DNA from: Chiloscyllium plagiosum
Lineage: Eukaryota
Length of the DNA: 64,000 bases
Direction of reading: 5' to 3'
Assembly: GCF_004010195.1 (NCBI RefSeq)
Contig: NC_057719.1
Span: 26,144,542 to 26,208,541 of the forward strand
The position numbers and the translations under genes were made by a program. The notes under the pieces are model-generated. The model saw nothing but the letters and a program-made list of their open reading frames with translations, did no database searches and was not told the origin of the DNA. Positions 27,441-39,026 of this stretch are shown here, one piece after another. Each line of letters opens with the position of its first letter. Position 1 is the stretch's first letter.

Positions 27441-28698
27441 ATAGTGGTCACCTGTAATGTGACATGAACCCAAGGTCCCGGTTGAGACCCTCCCTATGGG
27501 TATGGAACTTAGCTATCAGCCTCTGCTCAGCCACTTTTCGCTGCTGCCTGTCCTGAAGTACGCATTGGAGGATGGTCATCTGAAGGTCCGAGGTTGAATA
27601 TCCTGGACCACTGAAGTGTTCCCTAACTGGTAGGGAACCCTCCTGTCTGTTGATTGTTGTGCAGTGCCCATTCATCCGTTGTCGTAGCCTTTGCTCAGTT
27701 TCCCCAATGTACCTTGCCTCAGGGCATCCTTGCCTGCAAAGTATAAGATAGACAATGTTGGCTGAGTCACATGAGTACCTGCCATGTACAAGGTGGGAGG
27801 TGTCCCCACGTGTAATGGTGGTATCTATGTCCACACTCTGGCACGTCTTGCAGCACCTACCGTGACAGAGTTGTATGGAGTTGTCCTAAGAGCCGGGCAG
27901 CTTGCTACGAACAATGATCTGTTTGAGGTTTGGTAGTTGTTTAAAGGCAAGTAGTGGAGGTGTGGGGAAGATCTTGATGAGGTGCTCATCCCCATTGATA
28001 ATGTATTGCAGGTCACGAAGAACATGGCGTAGCTTTTCAGCTCCTGAGAAATACCGAACAACGAAGGGTACCCTGTCAGTTGCAGCACGTGTCTGTCTCC
28101 TGAGGAGAACATTACTGTTCCTTGCTGTGGCACGTTGAAACTGGCGGTCAATGAGTTGGGCATCATACCCCGTTCTTGTGAGGGCATCCCTGAGTACTTC
28201 CAAGTGTCCGTCACGTTCCTCCTCATCTGAGCAGATCCGGTGTACGCGTAGGGCTTGTCCATAGGGGATGGCTGTTTTAATTTGTTTTGGGTGGAAGCTC
28301 GAGAAATGTAGCATTGTGAGGTTATCTGTGGGTTTGCGGTAGAGTATAAATGTAGCATTGTGAGGTTATCTGTGGGTTTGCGGTAGAGTATGGTGCTGAG
28401 GTGTCCATCCTTAATGGAGATGCATGTGTCCAAGAATGAGACAGATAATCAAGAGTAGTCCATGGAGAATTTGATGGTGGGATGAAACTTGTTGATGTTA
28501 CTGTGTAGTTTTATCATTGACTCCTCACCATGGGTCCAGAGGAAGAAAATGTCGTCAATGTACCTGGTGTATAATGTTGGTTGGAGATCCTGCATAGAGA
28601 AGAAGTCTTGTTCGAACCTGTGCATAAAAATGTTGGCATATTGGGGTGCACATTTGTCCCCAAGGCTGTTCCATGTGTCTGGATGAAGAACTGGTTGT

Positions 28699-28866
28699 CA
28701 TGCAGTTTTTGAGCTCAGAGTTCTACACAACTCATCCGCTTTATCCTTGATCAAAATGTCTTCACCTTTGACAACCAGTTCTTCATCCAGACACATAGAA
28801 CAGCCATGGGGACCAATTGTGCGCCCCAATATACCAACATTTTTATGCACAGGTTCGAACAAGACT
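28699..28866 (+). mobile_element. Inverted copy of the PLE RT segment running into the gap
   Basis: QLIRFILDQNVFTFDNQFFIQTHRTAMGTNCAPQYTNIFM; reverse complement of 28604-28700. Confidence 0.85.
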
Positions 28867-29366
28867 NNNNNNNNNNNNNNNNNNNNNNNNNNNNNNNNNN
28901 NNNNNNNNNNNNNNNNNNNNNNNNNNNNNNNNNNNNNNNNNNNNNNNNNNNNNNNNNNNNNNNNNNNNNNNNNNNNNNNNNNNNNNNNNNNNNNNNNNNN
29001 NNNNNNNNNNNNNNNNNNNNNNNNNNNNNNNNNNNNNNNNNNNNNNNNNNNNNNNNNNNNNNNNNNNNNNNNNNNNNNNNNNNNNNNNNNNNNNNNNNNN
29101 NNNNNNNNNNNNNNNNNNNNNNNNNNNNNNNNNNNNNNNNNNNNNNNNNNNNNNNNNNNNNNNNNNNNNNNNNNNNNNNNNNNNNNNNNNNNNNNNNNNN
29201 NNNNNNNNNNNNNNNNNNNNNNNNNNNNNNNNNNNNNNNNNNNNNNNNNNNNNNNNNNNNNNNNNNNNNNNNNNNNNNNNNNNNNNNNNNNNNNNNNNNN
29301 NNNNNNNNNNNNNNNNNNNNNNNNNNNNNNNNNNNNNNNNNNNNNNNNNNNNNNNNNNNNNNNNNN
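28867..29366. other. Assembly gap (500 N)
   Basis: Run of N. Confidence 1.
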
Positions 29367-29619
29367 GACTAACTGAGTGACATGTGAGAAAGTAACAGGA
29401 TTTCCATCTTGCACCTTTTTACTCAATCACACATTGAGGGCATTATTCTGCCCTTAACATTTGTTTGATTGTTGAAATATGAATCTCTAAAACATATAGA
29501 ATTTACATATCAAACAAACTGGTATTGTACCATAGTTAAACACCCTATGAGCTTGCTTGTTATTTGGTTAGATCCAATTATTACTTCAAATGCTGAAAAT
29601 ATCAAAACCCATATAATAA

Positions 29620-30100
29620 AAACATACAAAATGGTAGCAGGATTTAGCCATTCAGCTCTTTGAGCCTGCTGTGCCACGCATTATGATTAGGGCTAACCAT
29701 CCAACCCAAGCCCGTTCTTGCCTTTTCCCATAAGTGCTAAATTCAACTCCCTCTTGAAATCGTACAATGTTTTGATCTTGACTGATTTCTGTGGTTGCAA
29801 ATTCTATAAGCTCACTATTCTCTGGGTGAATAAATTTTTCCTCATCTCAGTCCTAAATGGTTTACCCCTTATACTTAAACTATGACCCCGGTTCTGGATT
29901 CCTCAGCATTGTGAAAATCCTTTCTGCATCTACCCTATCTAGCCCCGTTAGAATTGTATAGGTTTCTATGAGAACCACTCTCATTCTTCTGAACTGCAAC
30001 GAGTATATTCCAAACCTATTCAACCTCTCTTTATATGTCGGTCCAGTCATCACAGGAATCAGTCTGGCAAGCCTTCACTGCACTGTCTTTGCAGCAAGAA
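29620..30100 (-). mobile_element. Old CR1 3' end
   Basis: Similar to the minus-strand CR1 3' ends at 23790-24260 and 36575-37100. Confidence 0.65.
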
Positions 30101-33100
30101 CTGAGTTATGGTTAGGATTGGTGTTACAATGATGTATTTTATGTGGACAATTCAATTGAACTCGACTGAGGGACTTTTACAACTGCAAACTCTTTAAATT
30201 TTTTTTTCATAAAGCATCTTTCATAAACTCAAGGTTCATCAAATGGCTTCAAAATAATTCACTAGCTGCTTCTTTTGATTTGAAAACGTCTTTATGACCA
30301 CACATTGGGCATGTCCTCAGAGTGGTCTCTGAACTGAGTATGTATAATATTGTAGTGCCTTTTTAATTATCAAATATTTTAATGTAAACTAACCAGCAGC
30401 ACACTTTATGACTTAAACAAGATATGAGGCTAGATTATTATATACCTAGTTCTGAAATTAAAAAGTAAAAGGTTATTAGCTAAAATACAGATAAAAAGAG
30501 TGAAAGTAAGTACATTTACATTTAAGTTAGATCAGCATTTAATACCATTGCAGGCCTGGCTTGCTTGAAAATTCACTTTCAGATTTAAAGTCGTTGAAAC
30601 ATGTAGTCTAATTCATCAGCTGTGATAGCTTCTAATGTTGAATAGTTGCAGGTTGCTCCCATAGGTGTACTCTACAGAACTGGTAGAGAGTGAAGGCTCC
30701 TTTATTACATTTTTACAGCACTACAGGTTGTGGCTCTTGGCGGTCTGGTTTGGTACAACTGGACTTTATCCAGGAAACCTTTCTCTGCCTCCGTTTGTTT
30801 CAAATGTCTCTTTCAGATGACTCCCCTCCACATGGCTGTCCCTAGCCAGCTATATCACAATCAAACAAAATGTCTGCAGCTGTTAATTTCAAAGCATTTT
30901 GTTTCATAAAACAAAGTTAATTATTTTGGATTCCTTGTGTGATGTCCCACACTTTTCCCATTCAATAATGAAACGTTTAAGCCTTTGCAACATTTCACTG
31001 ACTATTCAGTGAACAATCATGGAATTCTTGAATTATTCAATGACCTATTATGATTGACTGTTTGGAGAACATAGTCTGAATTTCTGCTTTTGGATACAGT
31101 TGAATCCACAAGAAAAGTCATATGACTTTCAGGAACCATTTTCAAAGATGCTTTACACCCATCTTAAAGAGAGAGTTACTTTATTCACAAAATATATAAA
31201 ATTATAATTATACCTCTGTTACAAAGCAGATAAAAGAAATTAATCAAATAATTAAACATTTTATGTCATCACTCAGTATAATGTTTTAGTTATGATTTTT
31301 ATGTTCATACAAAATCTCTTTGTTAAAATTACAAGTTCCATATTATTGAACAATGAAACCATTCATCATCTTTAATAGTTCTGAAATACCCAGGGATTTA
31401 ATAAGTTGCTTTGAAAATTCTCTACTTCCTCATCAAGGTCATTTTTAATCTTAATCTTTTAAACACATATCAATACCAATGCAATAACCCAAAATCCAGT
31501 TGTATTATAGTGGATCACATTTGTGGTACTCTTTGAAATACCCCAACAAAACTGCTAAACTGATTCATTTCAAATGGTGTCTCTAACATTTGCTTGGTAA
31601 TTAAGCCAAAATGAAATATTCTTGTTGATAAATCTGCCATCAGCAACTGTCTCCAAGTGAAACACAAAAATCCCTCACACAACAGCCACACTGGGCTCTA
31701 AGGGGAAGCAGCCAATTGCAGAAGCTGGTGAATGCAGAGTTGGTACAGTGAAGGAGAATACACATGCAACATCATTCTGAAAACAGTAATAAATGATGGG
31801 AGATCAATGACCCCAGTTAATGAGAGAAAAAATACTTTCAACTTCAAGAGTCTGTCCTGGGCTCAACCCAAAATATTTAAAGAATGTCTCTGTATGTTGG
31901 ATTGTTTGTAATATGGCAATAGATTTTAGGTGACTACTTCCCTGATATTTATTGGGATACTATGGAAGTTTTTTTTAATTTAACTTGCTCAAGGATGTTA
32001 CATGTCTCTGGGGTGTGTTGGACTTGAATCCAGGCCTCTCAGGTCCAGGACAGGGACATTACTACTGTGTCACAAGAGGGCCCTACCATGGACAATACTG
32101 CCCATCCTTTTTGTTGAATGTTTTTAAAATGGTTACAAATTGTTGTTTCAGTAAGGAGTTGACAAATTAGTTAATAATTATTGAATTAGCACTCAATATG
32201 GATAAATATTGTCAGTTTATTGATTAAACCCTGTCACTTTTACTGGATTGGATGACAATGGATTAATTGTTTGTTGACATTTTAATGGTCTGTAAAATAG
32301 CAATTTCAGTTTCATAAATATTTTGTCACAAATGCAGAACATGGTTCTCAAAATTTTAAATACCTTTAACACTAATGATCCTTTCAGCATGACTGATAAA
32401 CACACAGGCACTAAGTTAGATGATCACAGCAAGGAGTAGGAGTAGGTTGCTAAAATTAGCTCTGAGACTCAGTAGGACAGGCAGAGAAAGCAGTGTTTTG
32501 AGGGTGGAAAGGATGGGTTGGTGAGTGAGAAAGAAATCTGAATGTGCCATGACATGCTTCCACATAGATAAACAGCTCCCTTACTGTTAATGAAAAGTTG
32601 CCATTTTACACTACAGCACTCATGTCCTGCCAATACCATCTCATCACATCACGATAAAGGACTTACAGTCAGGTGATGACCAAGTTTCACTTACTAATAT
32701 AAGAGAACCTGATTCTACCACTCAACTATTACACAGTATCTGAAAAGAGAGTAAAAAGAGACTTTTCCTTTTCTGCTCTGGGATTGCCCAACTCCATCTT
32801 CCTGAAGTTCAAACATATGGATCGGCCAACATGTTTTTATTTTTCTATTGCATACCTTTCCAAGTACATTGGCAAAGTACGCATAGAATTCAACTTGCTT
32901 TTGTGTACTGGCCAATTGATTACACTTCACAGATTTAGAAGCAGGAATTTGCTGCAACGTTGAGAAAACGCCAAAATTGAATGAGTATTTCTCAATTAAA
33001 GAGAAATCTCCATTTAGTATAAGCTGGTTACTGACTGGGCATATAGCAAATAGATAAGCTTACAGAAACAAAAAATTCTTTTGAAGCTTGCCAAAGGTAA

Positions 33101-33609
33101 ATAAAATCCCTTGTATGCATGCATCATATATATCCAGGACAAATGTACTTTGTTCCAAATGACAATGTAATAACAGTCCTGCCTATGAAAGGATGAAGCT
33201 GTAATACAACTGCCACCAGGTCTGGGATCTTTCACATCACCATTGACATTTAATATTTGTTGTTGCCATGTTGCAGTGTTGTGGGTGGCTTTTCTACTTC
33301 AATAACTGGAACAAATCTCAGTCAGGTTCCATTCTTTTTCACCGATACATAGGTTCCCCTTGGTGTTTTCACATCAAAGCTTTTAAATCATTGATGAATA
33401 AAAATGGTCAGCTCAGGAGCAAAAACAGGACCTCAGTGGACAGCTGCTTCTCATTTCCACATTACTAACCAAGAGTAGGTCACATTCCTTTCAAGCTATC
33501 TCAGGTAAGTGAATTCCAGGTACTGACCATTGTTGTTCCGTATACATCGTTTTTGCATTTAGAACACTAGTTATTCTTCGCTACCAAAGATACAGGATCA
33601 TTAGCAATT

Positions 33610-33960
33610 TAGATCATTAGAGTCATACAGTTGTACAGCACAGAAACAGACTTTTCGGTCCAACTCATCCATACCGACCAAATATCTGAAATTATTCTAG
33701 TCCCTTTGCCAGCATTTGACCCATATCTCTCTAAACCCTTCCTATTCATGTACCCATCCAGATGCCTTTTAAATGTTGTAATTGTATCAGCCTCCAACAC
33801 TTCCTCGGCCAGCTCATTCCATACATGCACCACCCTTTGTGTGAAAAAGTTGCTCCTTGGGCCCCTTTTAAATCTTTCCCTTCTCACCTTAAACATATGC
33901 CCTCCAGTTTTGGGTTCCCCTACCCCTGGGGAAAAGATTGTGGGTATTCACTCTATCCTG
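33610..33960 (-). mobile_element. CR1 3' end
   Basis: NFFTQRVVHVWNELAEEV...FKRHLDGYMNRKG plus 3' UTR. Confidence 0.9.
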
Positions 33961-34247
33961 CACCATAATTATTCCAAAATAAAAATAGATATTTCAATTA
34001 AAAATAGATATTTAAATCAAAAATAGAAACTAAAGGATTAATACAACCACAAGACAATTTGAAACTGCCCTGCCAGCAACTACCTTGTGTAAAGAGCAAG
34101 TGCAGGTTAGTTCTGTTTTGATCTCTACAGATGCTGTTTGACATGCTGCTTGTAGCATTTTATCTTTTTGATTTTGTATTTCAGTGATTGTTGGCTAGCT
34201 AACATACTTGGAGACTGTTTAACCATTTTGTGGAAGATGTATAATAC

Positions 34248-34568
34248 AGGTGGCATGGTGGCTCAGTGGTTAGCACTGCTGCCCCAGGGTACCAGGTTTG
34301 ATACCAGCCTCGGGTGACTATCTGCGTGGAGTTTGCACATTCTCCCCGTGTCTGCGTGGGTTTCCTCTGGGTGCTCCAGTTTCCTCCCACAGTCACAAAG
34401 ATGTGCAGGTCAGGTGAATTGGCCATGCTAAATTGCCCGTAGTATTAGGTGCATTAGTCAGGGGTAAATATAGGGGAGTGGGTCTGGTTGGGTTGCTCTT
34501 TGGAGAATCGGTGTGGACTTGTTGGGGCGAAGGACCTGTTTCCACACTGTAGGGAATCTAATCTAATC
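34248..34568 (+). mobile_element. HE1-like SINE, near full length, (TAATC)n tail
   Basis: A and B boxes, central domain, CR1-like 3' end, tail AATCTAATCTAATC. Confidence 0.9.
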
Positions 34569-34752
34569 AGTCAGTTTGTGTAACACTGAGCTTCCTGTCA
34601 TTTGTGTGCTCCAACTGGGACCTTTCTGTCCTTGGCTTGCTCTAGGCTTAAAGCAATTTTGAGGAAATAACCTCGTCTCTCAACAGGCCTCTGGATGGAA
34701 TGTTGAATTCAATAATTTTAGATCATAACCTCTGCCTCCGTTTTGCTTTATA

Positions 34753-36227
34753 GGGTAGAATTTTTCCATTTTATTGCAGGAAATTCACAATGTCTGGTCC
34801 ATCACAGCTCCAAGTGACTTTTCTCACATATTGGTCTACTCTTCTCTTGACTGATTATGTAACCAGGCTTCTGGGCACCTTTCCCGGGAACCTCAGGCTC
34901 AGAGAGGTGAAATCCTCACCACTGCCACAAACTTGTGGCTTTCATGCCACATTTAAAGAGCCAATACATACCATTGCAGATAATCCAAACTAGGAATCAC
35001 CCCTCACACTGTGGCGCTCACCACTCAACACATGACTGAGAGGTAAGGAAAGCTCACTTTCTGCATCAGACCGAGACTTTGGGCGCGTTAGTGAACAGGA
35101 TAGTGGAGACCCGGGCAGTTAGTTTTCCGGCTGATCACCACAGGAGGCCACCAGTGAAGCCAGCCTGGATGTAAATTGCAGTTTGGGTCATTACTGAGTC
35201 CCAGCTGAAGACGGATGCCCAGCACTGTAGGAAGGAAGTCAATGAATGCCTGGCTTCACAAGGGTAAGAGCCACTATCATCCCTCTGCTACCTCACACCT
35301 CCCTGCACTCAGTCCAGCTCTGTCACTGCATACACATCTTCCTAAGTGTCAAGGACTATAACTTTCAGCATCGTTTGCTTTCTACCCATTCAATGGAACA
35401 TCCTCCCAAGCCACCAAACCTTCCTGCCCTCTGTGCATCCCACTCACTCACTGGGGTCACCTCACCATCTCACCATCACTTCTAATCATTCTTCCAGCCA
35501 CTTCCATCATTCCCAGTCCTTCACTTTGTCTCACTGTGGGAAACGCTGGTCTCAGAGATGGATAGCCTCAGGAGGCAGTGTGAGTTACATAGAAGCTGGC
35601 AGTCTCCAGGTAAGTGATAAAGTGATTAAGAAAATGAACCAAGGGCCAGTGGATGCACATGTGTATGTGAGTGTACATGCATGAGAGACTTGAGTAGCCC
35701 TGCATACAAACAACCTGGCAGAAGCATGCAAACCATCAGTGTCTGTGAGCTCCAGGATGAAGTTGTGGAGGGCTAAAATGGTGAGAAGGTTGGTCTGAGA
35801 GCAGGCATGACGATGTGGTGAGATTGGTGATGTGCCGATAGTGACCTATGTGGATGAAGGCTGAAGAGGATGACACTCACGAAGCATGCTGGGATATTGG
35901 TTTGAAAAACCAGGTTCCATTTGGCTGGAACACGCAATCAGTGAGCTTTTTTTTAGATACTTACTTTGAAGTACAGTCAGGAATCTGAGTTATCTAATTT
36001 CTCACTGAAGAAGAAGAGAATTGAAAGTGGTGTATAAGTAAGGCAGGTTAGGGCTTTAATGACGTGCAAATGTAAGATAAACCCAGTGGTATAATTCTGA
36101 AGTCGTTATACTTAAGACTTGGGAGAAAATCGGGAACATTTTTCTAGACTTTAAGAATCTGCTTTTTTTCATTCTCACTATTTTCTCACCATTGCTCATG
36201 TCACGCAAGAGAAGAAATTTTCTGCCT
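34753..36227 (+). mobile_element. Putative decayed Harbinger-like DNA element with Myb/SANT-like exon (~35032-35263)
   Basis: LGALVNRIVETRAVSFPADHHRRPPVKPAWM*IAVWV...DAQHCRKEVNE followed by a GTAAGA donor. Imperfect short terminal inverted repeats: GGGTAGAATTTT (34753) and AAATTTTCTGCCT (36215-36227). Confidence 0.5.
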
Positions 36228-36574
36228 AGTTTTGTTTTTGTTGATTCAGTTTTAGTTCTCTGCCCTTTCTTTGTTCCTTCACCTTGTATTTAGACCTATG
36301 CTCTCCAGCCATTCACACCTTACACAAACACATCCTTTGATTGATTTCCATATCCATTCCACTCCCTTTGGTTTTGCAATATTGGAAACTTTTACCACAC
36401 AACCTCTCCTGCCCACCATCCTGGTCTTTCTCCTCCTTACCTCCTTTCACTTACTTAAACCCTAGAGTTCTGATTGGCACCAACTCAGAACATTAACCTG
36501 GTTTCTTTCTTCCTTAATGACATCTGACCCATTTGTATTTCTAGCATTTTCTGATTGAATTTTGCTCTGATCTA

Positions 36575-37100
36575 TTAGTTATGGAATTGGAACAGATGTA
36601 GACCATTCAGCCCATCGAACCAGCTCTGCCATTCATCATGATCATGCCTGATTGTCCACTTTAATGCCTCTTTCCAAACATTATCCTCTTTGCATTGCTA
36701 TTTACAACTCTGTCAATCTCTACGTTAAAAATGCCCTTCTACCGCCCTCTGGGGTAGATAATTCCAAAATTTCACAACTCACTGAGTAAAAAGAAAGTTC
36801 CACTATCTTAGTCTTAAGTGGCTTCCCTTATTTTCCCCTTGTGACCTCTGGTTCTAAACTCCCAATCTCAAACACCCAACCTGCATCCACCCTGTCTATC
36901 ATTTTAAGCATGCTGTAGGTTTAATAAAATCACTTTTCATACTTTGAAACTCTGAAGAATACAGGCTCATTTGCCTAGTACCTCTTCACAGAATGTTCCT
37001 GCAATCCTGGGAACAGTCTGATGAACCTATGTTGCACTCCCTCTATGACAGTAAATCTTGAGATAAGGAGACCAAAGCTGCATACTGCATTCCAGGCGTG
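36575..37100 (-). mobile_element. Old CR1 3' end
   Basis: Similar to 29620-30100. Confidence 0.6.
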
Positions 37101-37194
37101 CAGGTTAGCTTTGCTCTATTTATATCATGCTGTTTTTGCTGTTTAATGTGCCAGTTGGCACCTTATTTTGATGTATGCCTAATATTGCTTCTAG

Positions 37195-37405
37195 TCAAGA
37201 GTGTGGTGCTGGAAAAGCACAGATGGCCAGGCAGCATCCGAGGAGCAAGAGAATCGACGTTTCAATCATAAGCTCTTCATCAGGAATCAGTGAGCTTATG
37301 CTCAAAACGTCTTTTCTCCTGCTCCTCAGATGCTGCCTTACCGGCTGTGCTTTTCCAGCACCACTCTCAACTCTGATCTCCAGCACCTGCAGTCCTCACT
37401 TTCTC
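37195..37405. mobile_element. Inverted pLTR pair with 17-bp TSD
   Basis: CCTAATATTGCTTCTAG (37178-37194) and CCTAATGTTGCTTCTAG (37406-37422) flank the inverted arms. Confidence 0.85.
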
Positions 37406-38202
37406 CCTAATGTTGCTTCTAGGCTACTTTCCAAAACCCTTCGATAAACCAAAAAGTTTTTGTTCGCAGCATAAGGCATATCCATGCAACAAGGTGATTG
37501 TGATGGAGTCCTGCTGCTGTTGATGGCGAGACTTTAGCAAATAGATCTGTTCCATATGAATAATTTCCTCAGTGTGAAGATGAGACTTTGTCCCCAATGA
37601 GGTGGTCATTCCTATTTCCATAGGTAAATGAATCTGTGACAGGTAGGTTGGTGAAGGTGGGCCCAAATAGGTTTATCCCTTAGGTCTGACGTCTCATCAT
37701 GTGTCGCTGACCCAATCCGGCAGACATGTACTTGAGCACATGACCAGTTCTCCTTTAGTGATAATGCCAAGCTATTGGAGGAGGCATGCAAACACAATCT
37801 AATAAATCGCAATGTGTTTTTTTTCAATCTATTTTATTTCATTGGCCATATTTCAGAATCAATCTATGCTAAGGATGGAAAGAAGTATCAGTGACAATGA
37901 GAGGATAAAAGACAAAACTGTCTTTGCATTTAACCTTGAAACGAATAGTAACAAGTACCATGGGATTTTTGAAAAATACTTTCAGTCAGCATTTTCCTTT
38001 ACTTCTCTTACAACTTGCTTTCAATAAAATTGTGCAAGGCCTCTGTTGCCCTGTTGAGTTAATTATTTCTGTTGCCAGCAGTCAGCAGATTATCTACATG
38101 AATCAGCAGAGTAGAATGAGCTTTTTTTTTTAACTTAAATGCATTCAAAACTATGAAAACTGTGAAATATACAACATGCTTCATACTGTTCACCAGGTTA
38201 TA

Positions 38203-38458
38203 GGTGTGGCATGGTAGCTCAGTGGGTAGCACTGCTGCCTTGTAGCACCAGCGTCCCAGATTCAATTCTAGCCTTGGGCAACTGTGTGGGTTTCCTCCCA
38301 TGATCCAAAGATGTGCAGTTCAGGTGAATTGGCTATGTTAAATTGTCCATAGTGTGAAGTGCATTAGTCAGAGGGAAACAGGTCTGGGTGGGTTACTCTT
38401 CAGAGGGTCAGTGTGGACTTTTTGGGCCGGAAGGCCTGTTTCCACACTGTAGGGAATC
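38203..38458 (+). mobile_element. HE1-like SINE with internal deletion
   Basis: Matches the 34248 copy. Confidence 0.85.
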
Positions 38459-39026
38459 AAAAGCTTTTGTGATAGGTTTTAGTAATACCTAACTTATTTA
38501 AGTCAGAACTGTTAATGGTGAAGAAGGTGTATCAGCTCCTCTCTCTTTAGTCCCCTTGGTAAGTCCCATCATAAGTTATTGTTTTAGCACACAACAACAC
38601 CACACTTCAGTTAAAACATAGTACCAGTCAAAATTAAGGAGTCAGTTGAACAGTTTTCTTGAGTAAAAGATGAAGGCATTTTTTAAACTTATAAACCCCG
38701 AGGAAAGTAACAAAATGCGGGATCAAACATAGACATCAATTTGGATAAAAAACTTTAAAAAGAAGAATGCACAGTATGGTCAGAAAAATACGCAATTTAA
38801 AAAGTTCTTACAACTATTGAATTGTTCTAGTTGAACGTGAGACCACAGCTGTCTATTTGTTTTGTGCTCTCAACTATGGTGAAATTTATAGAATCCTTGA
38901 GTACTTGTAGATGGATGTTTCTCTAATTTGTTTTATGACAGATGCTGGCTTTTGGATGATGAAAGGAGTCAATGAAATAAAATGTTTCACTCTTTAGTTT
39001 GACCAATTAATTTTCTTTCTCTTTCT

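Larger units (their letters stand above)
26652..28700 (-). mobile_element. Penelope-like retroelement: RT C-terminal half, GIY-YIG endonuclease, 3' UTR and pLTR
   Basis: RYIDDIFFLW (RT), YRKPTDN..LHFSSFHP..KTAIPYGQALRVHRICS (PLE thumb), NIVYLILC..C...YIGETEQRLRQRMNGH (GIY-YIG), REGLNRD. Frameshifted. Confidence 0.95.

Noticed and set aside
27045..27473. His/Thr-rich and Val/Cys-rich ORFs
   Set aside because: They are translations of the (CA)n/(TG)n tract.
28698..29426. Long ORFs of 187-242 aa (also 48952-49620)
   Set aside because: Their length comes from N gaps.
32715..33235. Two adjacent minus-strand ORFs with a YKG motif resembling family C GPCRs
   Set aside because: In-frame stops, no convincing transmembrane pattern or splice sites; similarity is limited to a few residues.
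37424..37827. Overlapping minus-strand ORFs in unique sequence
   Set aside because: No recognisable homology or exon boundaries.
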